Shown: positions 13,825 to 26,847 of the stretch, one piece after another | Numbering within the stretch: the stretch's first letter is position 1 | Layout: the number at the start of each line of letters is the position of its first letter | From: Chrysomallon squamiferum | Taxonomy: Eukaryota; Animalia; Mollusca | Length of the DNA stretch: 64,000 bases | Assembly: GCA_012295275.1 (NCBI GenBank) | Contig: CM022672.1 | Coordinates: 25,916,001-25,980,000, forward strand | Direction of reading: 5' to 3' | Program-made: the position numbers and the translations under genes | Notes under the pieces: model-generated | Database searches by the model: none | Seen by the model: the letters and a program-made list of their open reading frames with translations, nothing else | What the model was told of the DNA's origin: nothing

Positions 13825-14190
13825 TCATTGTCACACAAAGACAATTCAGTGTGCACACTTTGTGAATGTAAAAAGTATTTTGAAAAAGTTGCTGTCACAC
13901 AAAATGATTTAGTGCACACTCTCCGAATGTAAAGAGTAATTTGAAAAAGTTGCTGTCACACTAGAAAATTCACTTTACCCTATGTGAATGTAAAGAGTAA
14001 TTTGAAAAAGTTGTATCATACTAGACAGTTCAATGTAAGCTCTCTGTGAATGTAAATTGTAATATTAAAAAGTGACTGACACACTAGATAATTCAGTTTG
14101 TACACCTTTTGAATGTAAATAGTAATGTGAAGAAGTTGCTATCACACAAGACATTTCAGTCTGTTTTCCTTTTGAATGTAAATAGTTGCT
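13825..14190. repeat. Degenerate minisatellite, about 62 bp, about 6 copies
   Basis: Recurrent gaatgtaaa.agtaat.tgaaaaagttgctgtcacac. Confidence 0.8.
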
Positions 14191-15887
14191 TTCCCAAATG
14201 CTGATTCAGTTTCTACTTATCCTCATTATGCTGTTACTGTGGAAAAACTAACAAAAATCAAATTATTGATAATTAGAAGAAGAAAACTAGCTTTTTTGTA
14301 AATTTTGTTAAATTATATTTAGTTTGCCTACTCATGCAATGCTCAGGTATGATTGATATTAAATGTATCTGAGATAACAAATCATTAAGGATATCATTTC
14401 ACAAACTCATTTTTAATACATTTCAAATCTGAACTGTCTTTTTCAAAAAATCACTTCTGAATATTATATTTAATTAGATTTCATTATAGCTATTTAAAAG
14501 AAAAAAAAACATATGGTTACTCTACTTTACAAAAAAACAGTCTGTTGCAATCAGTATATTAAAGTTATTAAATGATTAAAAATCACCAGTAAAAAAAGAA
14601 AAAGAAATCACCGCAAAAAAACTTTGTGTAAGTCCTGAGTTAACAAGGACCTTCAACCTTCACATTTGGCTTAATGTAATAATTAGCATTTTGTTACCAA
14701 TAACAACAAGACCCCCTGCCATGTCCCCACAGGGGCAATTAACTCTCAAGTTTCAGAATCTGATACCTGCTGCTTCCTGCATTAAACAAACAAGAAGTTC
14801 TGGCAACCTGAACAAAGATAGCAAGATGTAGAGATACAGAAAAAGAGATAAACACCACTCAGTCAAATGTCTGCTATAGATTTCAGTTTATTCAACAAAA
14901 AAAAAATTCTATTTCCCTTTATTGTAGTTTATGAAAATATAATTAAATATGTTTGAAATTATTCAGTTTTAGTAGATACTGAATTTAAAGTATATTTATA
15001 GATTTTAGTTTATGTAACATGTTGCTGTGAAAATTTATTTGTAAATTTAATTTTTTTCACATATTTTATTTGGAAATATATCCAAAATTTGCTACCAATT
15101 TCAGTGTAACAGTGAAAAATATCTTCCAGTATAGTTTCTAGATTTTTAGATAGGTCCTTTAATGCAACTGCAGTCATTATGTCATCTAAAAGTTATGCTA
15201 TATGTTCATTTAAAAAAAAATATTTAGCACTGGATGGAAGAGATTTATTTTAGGAAATTGTTTTTAGATAGAATTTTGGTATAATAATAGATTACTTTTA
15301 TTTTTATGATGATTTTAGGTTTTATTAAAGACAAAAAAATGTCAAGTTAGAATTTAAATTTGATTTTAACCAGAAATTTAAACTGACTTTACAAAACTCA
15401 GCAGACATGAATCAAAGATTTACACACAAATAATTAATTTTTTTTTTTTCTTTTATCACCAGTTATGAATTTCATATCATCATGTCACACAATAATATTA
15501 CCCATCAAAACAATGTAAAAAAAAGACCAGGATTCATAAATTGTTTTGGACAGTATATTATTGACTATGAACCCAGACCCAAAAGGAACACCTCAGAGAT
15601 AGTTCTGGACTCTGAGATAGGCCAACTCTCTCTCTCTGCTGGCATTCACTCAAGCTATTTAGAAATTGCCAGCCATGTTGAAAGATAAGAAAAGATGATT
15701 GCTGACAGCAATGATTTCCTAACAGCCAGAGATTCTGAGAAATCAACATGAAATGATGGACACGAAACAATCTCTGAAAATAACACAACTGTAAGCAGAA
15801 CATTTCACACTGGGCTAGGTGGCAGGCAACCCTCTTCAGAAGACTTCTAATAGTACTCTTAGACTGGAAGGTACAAGAAATATAATA

Positions 15888-16146
15888 CTTTATTTAACGA
15901 CTTACTCACCTGACATGTTCAATCTATGGTTAATGCCACATGGTTAATGACCTTTTTATTTTCAGAAGTTGCACTGAAGGTATAATTTCATTTCACAAGC
16001 AAAAGAAAGGGATAACAGATGACATCATACAGCAGATCACTCTTTTTTATTAGCAGTGTCAGATCTTTTATTTAACCTTTCCCATAGACAGGAAAAAACA
16101 AACCATGAATTTTGAAAAGCCTGTCTTGAAATGCTAGATGGGACAG
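15888..16146 (-). mobile_element. Degenerate SINE copy
   Basis: tttatttaacgac tail plus ctcttttttattagcagtgtcagatcttttatttaacctttcccatagacagg, homologous to the copies at 4290 and 51540. Confidence 0.55.
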
Positions 16147-19100
16147 ATTTGAGAAAATTTATAAATTTTAAACATGTCTGCATGAGGGAAAATGTTTGAC
16201 TTTTATCTCTCTACACCATGAGAAGAATTTATAATTTCTTTCAGCATTTCTTAAATCGATAATGAAATTCAGTCACTTGTGAAAAAGAATTTCAAGATGA
16301 TCATTAACTGTAACTAGCATTAATTTGACCTCTTATTAACAAATAAATATTTTGTTAATTGTTGTGAATGTTTAGAAGTGTTGTGAAATAAATATGTTTA
16401 GCAAACTGATGTCAGCATGCAAGTCATAAAGTAAAGTTTTAGTAACAACAGAACAAAATTTAATATTCTTAATTACTTTTTTAATTAAATGACTATTTTG
16501 CTACATCATGTTGAACAGAAACTGTAAAGTAATGAATGGGAAGACAACAAAAGTATCAGTACAAATAATCCAGTTCACTTTCACTGCTTTGTAAAACTTT
16601 ACCAATACTTTTATGAATTGATAAATAAATAAATACTTAATGCTGATCTATATCTTAAGATGATTTATCTGAAAACAGGATTTGTTTATTATCAGTTCTT
16701 TCATAAAAGTCAGTATACAGTGATGGGCTAGCACTCAGATTGTTAAGTTTATAAACTTTGTGAAGAAAATTTTATAAATTTTAAAAATTGAAGAAGAAAA
16801 ATGAACAAAAGATCTTGAAAAATAATTTTCATTTGTTCCAAAAATTCTCTCAAGTCTTGCTACTATGTTTATCAATTCTATCACTGAAAGGAAAAGAAAT
16901 CCTGCTTATATCTTGTGCCAAACATGATAACAAAAATGGCTGCCAACAACAAATGGCAGACGTCTGTTGGCAGAAGTGAAAGACCTCTGCGAGTCTGAAA
17001 AGGCAAAATTAACAAGATACACGTATCAGTGGTGACCTATGCACAACACCACACTACTGACTTTCACCTGACATTTCTGCTGCTTACCTGCGAAACTACT
17101 GGGGTGTGTGTGATTCTCACTTGAAGCTGGCATTTCGAAAAACATTGTGTTTGTGTGCTGAAGATTAATACTGTAAGATATTTTCTCACAGCCTCTCAGT
17201 GACAAAAAACCTCTGCTTGATGGATTGTGCAGGAAGGCTTGGTGCAAACTGTGATCTAGTTACTACTTTGTTTACACCATTCCCCTTGTATGTTAAAACA
17301 AGGCCAGCCAATTAAATAATGGCAAGGCAGATCCACAGTCCCCTCCCCCAGGGACCAGAACCTTATGGTCTAGCTAGTTGATGGCATTTTACAATACAAG
17401 ATAATTAAACTGACTGAAAGTCTAATTCAATAAACAGAAATGGCCATTTATAATCTAATTATAAACTTTTTATTTTTATTTTTGTTGTTAAAAAAGAATG
17501 TTCAGCTGTTGAGTTTAGAATGGAATTGGTCAATTCAAAAACATCTATGTGTATATTTTGATATGAATGAAAGTAAATATATATATTTGAAAATTCAAAT
17601 GCAACATATAATACAAATTAAAACAACATATTATAATAGTTATAATTTGTGTGTGTGTGTATGTACACACACAGATATACACACCCACACATACATGATG
17701 GATATATATATATATATATATATATAAAAGACCTGTTTGTAGTTGTTTATCTTTGTGTATAATTATATATTTAAAACTTTTTTTCTTATTTTGGTCAGTT
17801 TCTAAAAGCACTGAAAAGTAACCAAATACAATCACTAATCTAATTCCACCTCAACCATCCCAGACTTTTCTTTTTTCAGAAATAAAAAAAAACAACTTCA
17901 GACTTCACAGAATCTAGTGCTGTTGATACATTTTACATAAACATTCTCAGCTGAAGAAAATGCCAATCATGAAACCTCATATCTTGGCTACACTGCTGAG
18001 AAGTATATCTGCTTTGTGCATTAATAACATACTCTATCAATTATAACCAGGAATGGATCAACAGGTGACCCCCTGTAACCGCTTGTTTACTGTGATGCTT
18101 TTTCCATCAGAAATGACCTTGTTTATATTTCCCATCATAAAACTGCTACTGGGAGATAGCAAGTTTGAGATAGTTTTTTTTTTTTTTTTTTAGGGGGGGG
18201 GATATATTAGCATGTTCAGTTTCCTTTCATATGAAGATAAAAGATTTTTTTTTTTTGTATAAATATTGCACACGGAACTAAGTACATCTAGTGCATAGCA
18301 TGCACACACACATACAAACACCTGTACATATAAATACTTATAAGCACATACACATATATATCAGACATACATACACATTCATACTCATATACCCATTCAC
18401 ACTTGTACATATGAGTAATATTTAAATATACAAAGACATACACAGAAGACACAAACATATGCTCTTGTAGATATACATACACAAAAATGTAGAACAACAT
18501 ACAATTAATAAAAGTGTAAATAAATACTGACAAAACATATTTTTCAACAAAAAAAATAATAATATTAATAAAATTTAATAGCATTATATTTAGAAGAAAT
18601 AACTGGGTTTAATTAACATCAGGAACATCTTCACTAGGTCAACAAAGTTATCTGCTGAATGATTCATGTGTGTGTGAAAAATGTCTTCTGTTTAAAAACA
18701 GAAATAAACTTAAAATTATAAAAAACATGTATATAACTTATTATATCACTGATCATCTGCTGTATTCAAAATCTTATTTATTTAAATTTAATAGTACTGC
18801 TGGAATTCTGGCATGGAGGTTCTTGGATCTTTGTAAACATTAAACATATATGAAAAACAAATTATTTATATAGTCTGAAAAATATATATATTTTTTTAAA
18901 AATCAGTAATATTATAATTATTATTTATATATAAATGAATGAATTATTTAAAATGCTATGCATGTTTTAATGGTTATTATTATTATTATTTATTACTATG
19001 TTTTTCGTGATACTGATGTTAATGATAAGAGAGGAAATCAACCCTCAGGAACATTTTTATTAGTACATGTGTTCATTTATAACTAGTTATTAATTTTTAA

Positions 19101-21417
19101 GATAATTTCAGTAGAATGTTAATTTACAAATCTTTAATTTTCTATTTACTGGTGTCAGATTATTATTTTTGATTTGATTTTGTTTTTTTAATTGTTTATT
19201 TTAATCATCAAGTCAATTCTATTTTGTAACTTTTTATGTAGTATTAAACACACATACATATTTTTTTCTTTGTTTCTTTTTTTTTAATGGTTTTAAAAAG
19301 ATAAAATAATGATTTTAAACTATTAATTAAGGAAAATAAAACAATCAATGTAACAGCAATATCCTATTATATCAAAATGAGGATTTAAAATGTTCTGATA
19401 ACACTGAAGAAGCCTATACAAGAGTGCAAGACTGATACAGAAAAATCCCCAAATCTCCATGTAATTTGAACGCTACTGATTTACTGGTACACAGAAGTGG
19501 CAATAAAGAAGATTTATCATTTAATCATTTAGCTTCAGCTGGTCATTCTCAGGAGCCACTGGTCAGTCTGGTCATCAAAATCCATATATGTAACTCATAT
19601 GGAACAAAAGCAAATTGACAGCAGACAATGCTATCAGTCTGAAAAGCTGGCTTGTTCTGTTTGTTTAATCCTAATATCAACACTAGGCACTACGTTTTCA
19701 ATTACACTGTATGATGGAGTCCAGTGAAACAAAGCCAGCAGTTTAGTTACGTATTCTCTAAGGGTTTATTTTATGATGTTATTAACCTTTTTTTAAATTT
19801 TTATTATTTTTTAATTACTTAGAAAGAATGGACTGTATACAATCTTTTTCAAACTCTCTTTTGCATTATTATGACTTTATACCAAATTATTATACAACTA
19901 CTACTAATGATGATGATTTTGATGATCTTGATGATGGTAATAAATAAAGAAATAAAAACAAATCAGAAAAAAACAGGATGTTTTGTTTTTTCTTTGTTTT
20001 CAATATGTAAATAATAATGATGATGATGATTATGATGATAACAAAAACTAGAAAAGAAAAAAAAAGAGAAAAGACCATTATTCAAGCAAATATTTTAGTT
20101 GAACACTTCATTAATTTCTTTTCTGACAGATACTAAACATGAATTATTCAGATTCCAGGGACCACACTATTGTCAGAATGAAGAATCTGGTAAAATTCTC
20201 CATTTTCCATGAACTGAGACAATCAAATGCGGGAGCTGATTAGCTGTGATGTGATATGGCTGTGATCACCAATTACATGCAATTATTAACACAACAGTCC
20301 AGATTTCAACAAACTGTCCACTGAGCCAGCAGTCTGGCTTCAATTACCTCCTGAGTCATTAGCCGTGTTCTATTAAAGGCACTTTCACACACATTAACTT
20401 GCTGCAACAATCAAACATGTCTAGTTATTCCTATTTATCTGTCATGAATGGAATATGTTAAAGTTATTATTAACTATATAAAATCATTAGGATTTTTTTC
20501 TTCTGTTACATAACAGATGTGTGTTAAAATTGTGGTGTTAAGGAAAGTTGATTAGTGTGAATAGAGCTTTAGGATTGGCTTGGAGACAAAGAAGACTGAA
20601 ACTAGAGCTAAACACAGATGTCTCACAAGGAAAATATCTTCAATATGTCCACCATGTGCGCCATGTCTGTGTGTGAAAAATGTGTTTTTATCTGACATTT
20701 GTTTAAAAACAGGAAATAAACTTTAACAAATAAATATAGTAGTGGGCAATAAACAGAAACTGCTCAAAATATAAGGTATTAGGTTTCTGATGTAACTATA
20801 AAAACAAACGTATTATTTTGATTATGATGATTTTTATGATGATGATGATGATGATGATGAACATTATTTTATGTTAGTATTATTATTATTATTATAATAA
20901 CAGTAGTAGCAACAACTACAGTAGTAGCAGTTGTAGTAGTGAGAAAAATAATAGTATTGTTGTAGCAGTAGTAATAGCAGTAATAGAGTGTTGTTGTTAC
21001 AGCAGACCTAGCAGTGGTAGTAATAGTGGTTGTAGTAATAGTAATAGTATTAGCACCAATAATAACAACAATAGTACAAGTATTAATAACAACTACCACT
21101 ACTACAATACTGCTACTACTACTACTACTACTACTAAAAGTTTGAAGGACAGTTAATAAATTTCTGTTGATAATTAATCAAAAGACAGACTGTGATAAAT
21201 GGCAGGACCATCAAAATTTGCTGTAATGATTATTACAAATGTCATGGCTGACTGAATGTAATTAATAATTATCTGAATGTCATACGGTTTCTAATTTCCT
21301 TTAGGCAAATGTTACAGTAACAATCCACATAACAAGCTGAATGTTATCTGTGATCAAAATAACAAAGTAAAATAAATATTAATTCCTCACAAAAACGTAT
21401 TTCTACAGTCATGATTA

Positions 21418-21449
<32 letters not shown>

Positions 21450-22401
21450 GATCAATACCAGTGCTATTATTATTTTTATTGTTATCATTTATTACTAATA
21501 TAATGTAGTAATTATTATTATTAGTGCTATGATTAGTGTTGTTATTGTTTTTCTAAATCTTTGTAATTAATATTATTAGTTTTCAGGATATATTATGTTT
21601 TTTGTTAGGATGAATTTAAAATAGTCTTTATAAAAGAAACAAAGAAAAAGGGTAGGCTATTAAATTAAAATTAAACAAATTTGGAAACAGGAAATAAAAA
21701 AATTATATATTTAGGAAAACAACTAAGAAATGAAAAGAGTGTAATAAATTACATACCATGGGGCATTCTTTAGAATAGAAATTAAATTCAAATATCTGAA
21801 AATGATGTCTGAAAAATATTGGAAAAACAACATTTTATGAAAGTAATAAAGAAACAATCAAACTGGAACACTTTTTAAAATCAAAACACATGCCAAAGTC
21901 CAGATGAAAAAGATGTATGAGTTATCTTAAACAAAACAAAAAATATCAATCTGTATCTATCTATCTATATATGCATGAATGCATGTGTGTGTGTCTATAA
22001 ATATGATCTTATATAATGGGAACTGAATATAACAGGTAATAAACTAAATGCATGTTAAAGATCAGCATATGATAACACTTTAAAAAAGTAATAAACAAAA
22101 ATATTTATGCAAATTAGGTACTAGTAATAAAAAGATTTTTAAAGAAAAAAATGTTAAATAAAACAATCAAAGAAAAAGAAGGCCAAAGGAATATTCTGAA
22201 TAACACAATATTTATGCAAATAAAAGTAATAAAATTATTTTACAAAATGACAGAAGAAAGAAATTCTGAGATGACCTGTTGACCACTAAGTGGACAAAGG
22301 ACATGAGTAACATGAACTATGTGATAATGTCCACACTACAGGAATCATCTTGACATTTTTTTTTGTAACTTATCTGTACCCCTACTCCTCACATAACATA
22401 C

Positions 22402-22557
22402 CTGTCAGTCCCCACCTGCTCATCTGTCACCCAGCAACCAATCAACAGGTGTTGTCTGTAAACCACCCATCATGTTCAACAGGTATCTCTAGTTCACAGC
22501 ACCAAGTCCTGAGGCTCTTGGTCCATTGTAATGAAAGAAACCTGTCATCATTTCTAT
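22402..22557 (-). ncRNA. Candidate non-coding exon (lncRNA or 5' UTR) of a minus-strand transcript
   Basis: On the - strand: acceptor ttttgtttctgcag| and donor CAG|GTATGT. GC-richer than its flanks. Stops in all three frames. Confidence 0.45.
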
Positions 22558-22763
22558 CTGCAGAAACAAAATAACAATAAATGTGCTGCTGACATGAAAC
22601 TGTACTAAATAGTTGAAAATAGTTAACTTCCATAATTTACATACATATAGACATACACACACACACACACATACATACATACATACCTAGCTCCCTAGAT
22701 ACCTATCTACCTACCTACCTACATATACATTTCTCAATTTAAAAAAAAAATGTTTTATACAAA

Positions 22764-22980
22764 TTTGTAAATCCTAATTTTGATGTAAGTTGAACAACAA
22801 GTAAAAATAAATTAATTTAAAAAAATAATAATAATTAAAAATAAATATTTAAATGAACATTGAATTTTTTTTTTACAGCTTTGTAAATCCTAATTTTGAT
22901 GTAAGTTGAATAAGAATTAAACATAAATTAATTAATAAAATAATAATAATTAAAAATAAATATTTAAAAGAATATTGAAA
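22764..22980. repeat. Tandem duplication, about 116 bp
   Basis: tttgtaaatcctaattttgatgtaagttgaa occurs at 22764 and 22880 with similar continuations. Confidence 0.85.
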
Positions 22981-23699
22981 ATATTGAAGCCAAAGTTGAT
23001 TAATGTCACTGAAAAAAGAATACACATGATGTATTTTTAATATTTAATTCTGATCAAGCATATTCTTATTTATTCAAGACAAAACGTGTTTGTTCTTATT
23101 TAACCTACATTTTCACGTTATTCAATTATTAAATTATTATTTATTGAATTAAAAATCTTTTTGTGTGAACCTTTTAAGAAATAGTAATCAAATGACAAAT
23201 AATTTACTTATATCATATTTCAGTAAAATGCTAAAAACTGATAATTGAAATCATTACACAATAATGGTAACGCTCATTATAAAGGGAGATAATCAGGAGG
23301 CAAGTTGTAACATTCGAAGTTTCTACTATTTTCTGTAAGTGTGATTTTAATTAATAAATTATTTATCAAATCTATATTTGAATCATTTAGCAAAATATAA
23401 AATTAAACAAAAGGAATTAGTAAAAAAAAAAAAAAAAAAAAAAAAATGGTGATCAAACCCCAAAGAGTTATTTCCCATTAATATAAATAAACTAGTTTTA
23501 ATACATGAAAACTTTTTTTTTTTTTTTTTTTTTGTTTTTACAAAAGTTGCTACTACACTAGAAAAATAATTTTACATTACAAAATAATTAGAAAGAAGTA
23601 ATATGGAAATAAAATAAAACTTTTTGAAACTGAGACAAGTAACATGGGAACATTTTTACGTAAATAAACAAAATTTAACAAAATAAAAATAAAGAGAGG

Positions 23700-24400
23700 A
23701 TGACGTTAAATTAAGAAAAAGTCCTTTTTAAAAATATTTTGTTATAAAGTAAGATTGGTAGAAACTGAAGATATTGCCGAAATTCAGTCAGCGAATGAAT
23801 TAGTGCAAAATAGTGAAACAATTTAATAATTATGTTATTATAATCCTGCACTGATCTTTTGTCTCTTAATATATTAATTCTATATTTTGTATTTTTTTTT
23901 TTAATTTATTTATTTATTTACTTATTATTTTGCTGGTGTCGTATCATAAACAAAATAATTTATGTATATTTCGCCGAGAAGCTCATTTTTCGAGTAATAA
24001 TTATACCACTGGTAGTAATTTGGCTCAACACAGTAATGATCTATTTTAGTTTTAAGATGCTTTTTGATCGTAGTCGACTGTTCTAAACCAGTCTAGTACA
24101 GGAAGCCAGTGTAAACAAATCTATGTTCGAAAGGAAGCTGACAAAAGTTCTGTTTATGTTATTCTGAGGTGCGCGAGGAACTAAATTAATGGTAAATTAG
24201 CAAATAAGATATCTTGTGATTAATATTATATTTTAAAGCACTAGTAGCAAGTTTTAAAAGGATTTACTGCGGTTGTTTTATCTATATTCCTCCCGCAATT
24301 TTAGAACACCGATACTTGAATGCAAAACGGTGAAAACCATTTTATTTCACCTCATTATTATTATTTTTGTGTACGTTTTTTTTGACACAGATTTTTCGAT
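23700..24400. promoter_or_regulatory. Probable UBOX5 promoter / first non-coding exon region, possibly bidirectional
   Basis: CpGs reappear here after a CpG-poor 23 kb. ETS-like CAGGAAG near 24099. Candidate donors near 24169 and 24192, and candidate acceptors at 24615 (tttttgcag) and 24895 (T-tract + aag, 11 nt before the ATG). The TSS cannot be determined from sequence. Confidence 0.5.
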
Positions 24401-24906
24401 AGTTAAGTTACTAACTCACATTTTCTTGTATATAATAATTTTCTGTTCCATATATTTTTAAGCATAAAGTATTGTAACAACATTAACAAAATGGTGATCA
24501 TAGGAATTAACTGATTTATAAATATATAATAATGTGCATATTTTCATTATTTTTGTATTTCTTATTTTTTTTTATTTTTTATTTTATAAAATGTTTTTAT
24601 TATAATTTTTTGCAGCGTATTAAATATGCTTCATCATGGAGATTCAACACACGGATGTACATCACTTAAAAGAAATTTCTGCTTTCATGAAGATTGCATA
24701 ACTGAATTTTATAAAATGTGAACAAACATGGATTCCTGTTATAGTCAGCTGTGATATATAATTGCATTTAACTATTCTTCACTTATACATTTTATTTCAA
24801 AATTTATTTTTGTATTTTCATCCATATATTTATTTATTTTTGTAAGAGTCAAACTTTATTTTATAATTTTCTGTAATAATTTTTTTTTTTTAAAGTAATT
24901 ATAAAA

Positions 24907-26529
24907 ATGTTAATAGATTTTTGTCACTGGAGTGTTGAAACGTCTGTTACTTGTAGTTGTGTATCATCAGATGGATATGATGTCGAAAATTTGATGTCAA
25001 AAAATTTTGTTCAGAAAAATAAAGGCTTTCTAGCAGAGAGGTTTATCAAGCCACCTGTTAGCATAACATTTGCTTTTCCCTGCTCAATAAACATCCATCG
25101 AGTTGTCATCAATCCAATTCTTGGCTTACAGAAGTCATCAGGTCTTGAGGTGTTCACAAAAACAAAAAAAGTAACATCATCATGGCTTCTTGGCACGGAC
25201 AGGTCCAATCAGAATGATGACGATCAGGAAACTCCAATCCTTGTTGGACGAATTTACATGAAGAATCCAGCTGTTGTATGTTTTGTCAGTCCATCATTCT
25301 GGGCCTCTCCACCTTACAGGATTGAAGACTGCGATCTCTCTGACTATGAACATGTGGTTGACATGAAGCACAGTTACGGCACCTCTCTAGTCAGCCATTT
25401 GTCCATTAGGATTACAAAGACATTTGATAGTTTGATTCCTGGCATCAGATCTGTGGCTGTATTTGGACAGCCATCAAACAAGTACAGTAAATTTATTCAT
25501 GAAAAGCTTTTCAGTCATTATGTTAACTCTTTAAATCTTCAGTCCTCTGTACCTGTGAAAGTTACTGATTCTGAAAATCCTATTGCCAAGTCAGTGACAG
25601 ACACTAACATACGTTCACAAGAATTACATAAACAGGCAATAGAGTGTTCTGCAAAGTTTGAGATACCAGAAGAGTTTGTTGATCCTATAACTTGTGAAGT
25701 GATGGCTCTTCCAACTCTTCTTCCCTGTGGGAAGTCCATAGACAACAGAACTTTAGAAAAATACATAGAAAACGAGGCTACATACGGGCGACTTCCAAAT
25801 GATCCTTTCACAGGTGTTGCCTTTAGTTCTGAAAATTTCCCAGTGCCAAACAACTCACTCAAAGCTAGAATTGATCAATTTCTTCTGAAACATGGGAATG
25901 AAGACTTGGTTAAATCTGCTCCAAGAACTTTGGGTAGAGAGAAAAACTTGTTTTCCAGTACCAGTAACAAAATGTCATTTACATCAAACATTAAAAAGTT
26001 ACCAGCAGCTGAGAGTGAAATATTACCAGTTTCAAAGGACACATCAAAAACCACACCTCATATTATCTCAGGAACACTAAAAGGTATTTCCACTAACAAA
26101 AGGAAAAGTGAAGTCTCTCAAACATCCACAAGTAGACTTAAACTAGCAAGACTAGAATCAAGTAAAAATACACCGACTACTGTAAATGACGATGTCGCTC
26201 TGATATCACACAGAACTAAACTAGACAGCAGCCTCAATGAAGCTATGTCAGTGCTAGACAATCTGCCATCATTTACAAACACAACATCATCAGCTGGCAA
26301 CAACACTGACAATGTCGCTGTTGCTGATGTCAAAGAGAAAGTCTGTGTGAACTGTGGAACTTGCACTTCTTCTTCCCCTCTCTATCAGCTTGTATGTGGT
26401 CACTGTATTTGTAGAGTTTGTTTGTTTAAAATCCAGCATTCGGAGTCTGGTGATGTTAGACACTCTGTCAGATGTCCTAGCTGTAATCAAATAAGCAACA
26501 GAAGTGATGTATGCAGAATATTTGAATAA
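24907..26529 (+). CDS. UBOX5: RING finger protein 37 / U-box domain-containing protein 5 (E3 ubiquitin ligase), single-exon CDS, 540 aa
   Basis: Long ORF with an AAAAATG start. U-box motif IPEEFVDPITCEVMALPTLLPCGKSID...PNDPFTG...SLKARIDQFL (about 25663-25887). C-terminal C3HC4 RING CVNC...CGHCICRVC...CPSC (26344-26484). N-terminus SSDGYDVENL...GFLAERFIKPPVSITFAFP resembles the RNF37 N-terminal domain. The U-box + RING architecture is characteristic of this family. Confidence 0.93.
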   Translation: MLIDFCHWSVETSVTCSCVSSDGYDVENLMSKNFVQKNKGFLAERFIKPPVSITFAFPCSINIHRVVINPILGLQKSSGLEVFTKTKKVTSSWLLGTDRSNQNDDDQETPILVGRIYMKNPAVVCFVSPSFWASPPYRIEDCDLSDYEHVVDMKHSYGTSLVSHLSIRITKTFDSLIPGIRSVAVFGQPSNKYSKFIHEKLFSHYVNSLNLQSSVPVKVTDSENPIAKSVTDTNIRSQELHKQAIECSAKFEIPEEFVDPITCEVMALPTLLPCGKSIDNRTLEKYIENEATYGRLPNDPFTGVAFSSENFPVPNNSLKARIDQFLLKHGNEDLVKSAPRTLGREKNLFSSTSNKMSFTSNIKKLPAAESEILPVSKDTSKTTPHIISGTLKGISTNKRKSEVSQTSTSRLKLARLESSKNTPTTVNDDVALISHRTKLDSSLNEAMSVLDNLPSFTNTTSSAGNNTDNVAVADVKEKVCVNCGTCTSSSPLYQLVCGHCICRVCLFKIQHSESGDVRHSVRCPSCNQISNRSDVCRIFE

Positions 26530-26792
26530 ATTCTATAATTTTGAAGTGATACCATAATATTTTTCTTATTTTTTTTTTTTTTTCTGTTTTACCTATGTAT
26601 TTCTGTGTATCTATATTGTAGATCTTTTCATTAAAAATCGTGAGCAAATACACAAACTTGGGTGTTCTTATGGCTGAATTGTTTCATCACTGATTATTAT
26701 TGTATATGCTATAAGTACTGTTAAACATTTAAATTTTAAAGCTTGAAAGCAAAGTAAATATTGATTTGTATTTTAATTTTAATTGTTTATTG

Positions 26793-26847
<55 letters not shown>

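Noticed and set aside
13825-14190. Decayed C2H2 zinc-finger array
   Set aside because: The period is about 62 bp rather than 84 bp, with no TGEKP linker and no open frame.
22402-22557. C box (ATGATGA) and D box (CTGA) near the ends of the candidate exon, suggesting a C/D snoRNA
   Set aside because: No terminal stem or recognisable rRNA guide. The splice signals explain the segment better.
25011-26490. Minus-strand and alternative-frame ORFs overlapping UBOX5
   Set aside because: They are shadows of the real CDS, with no recognisable motifs.
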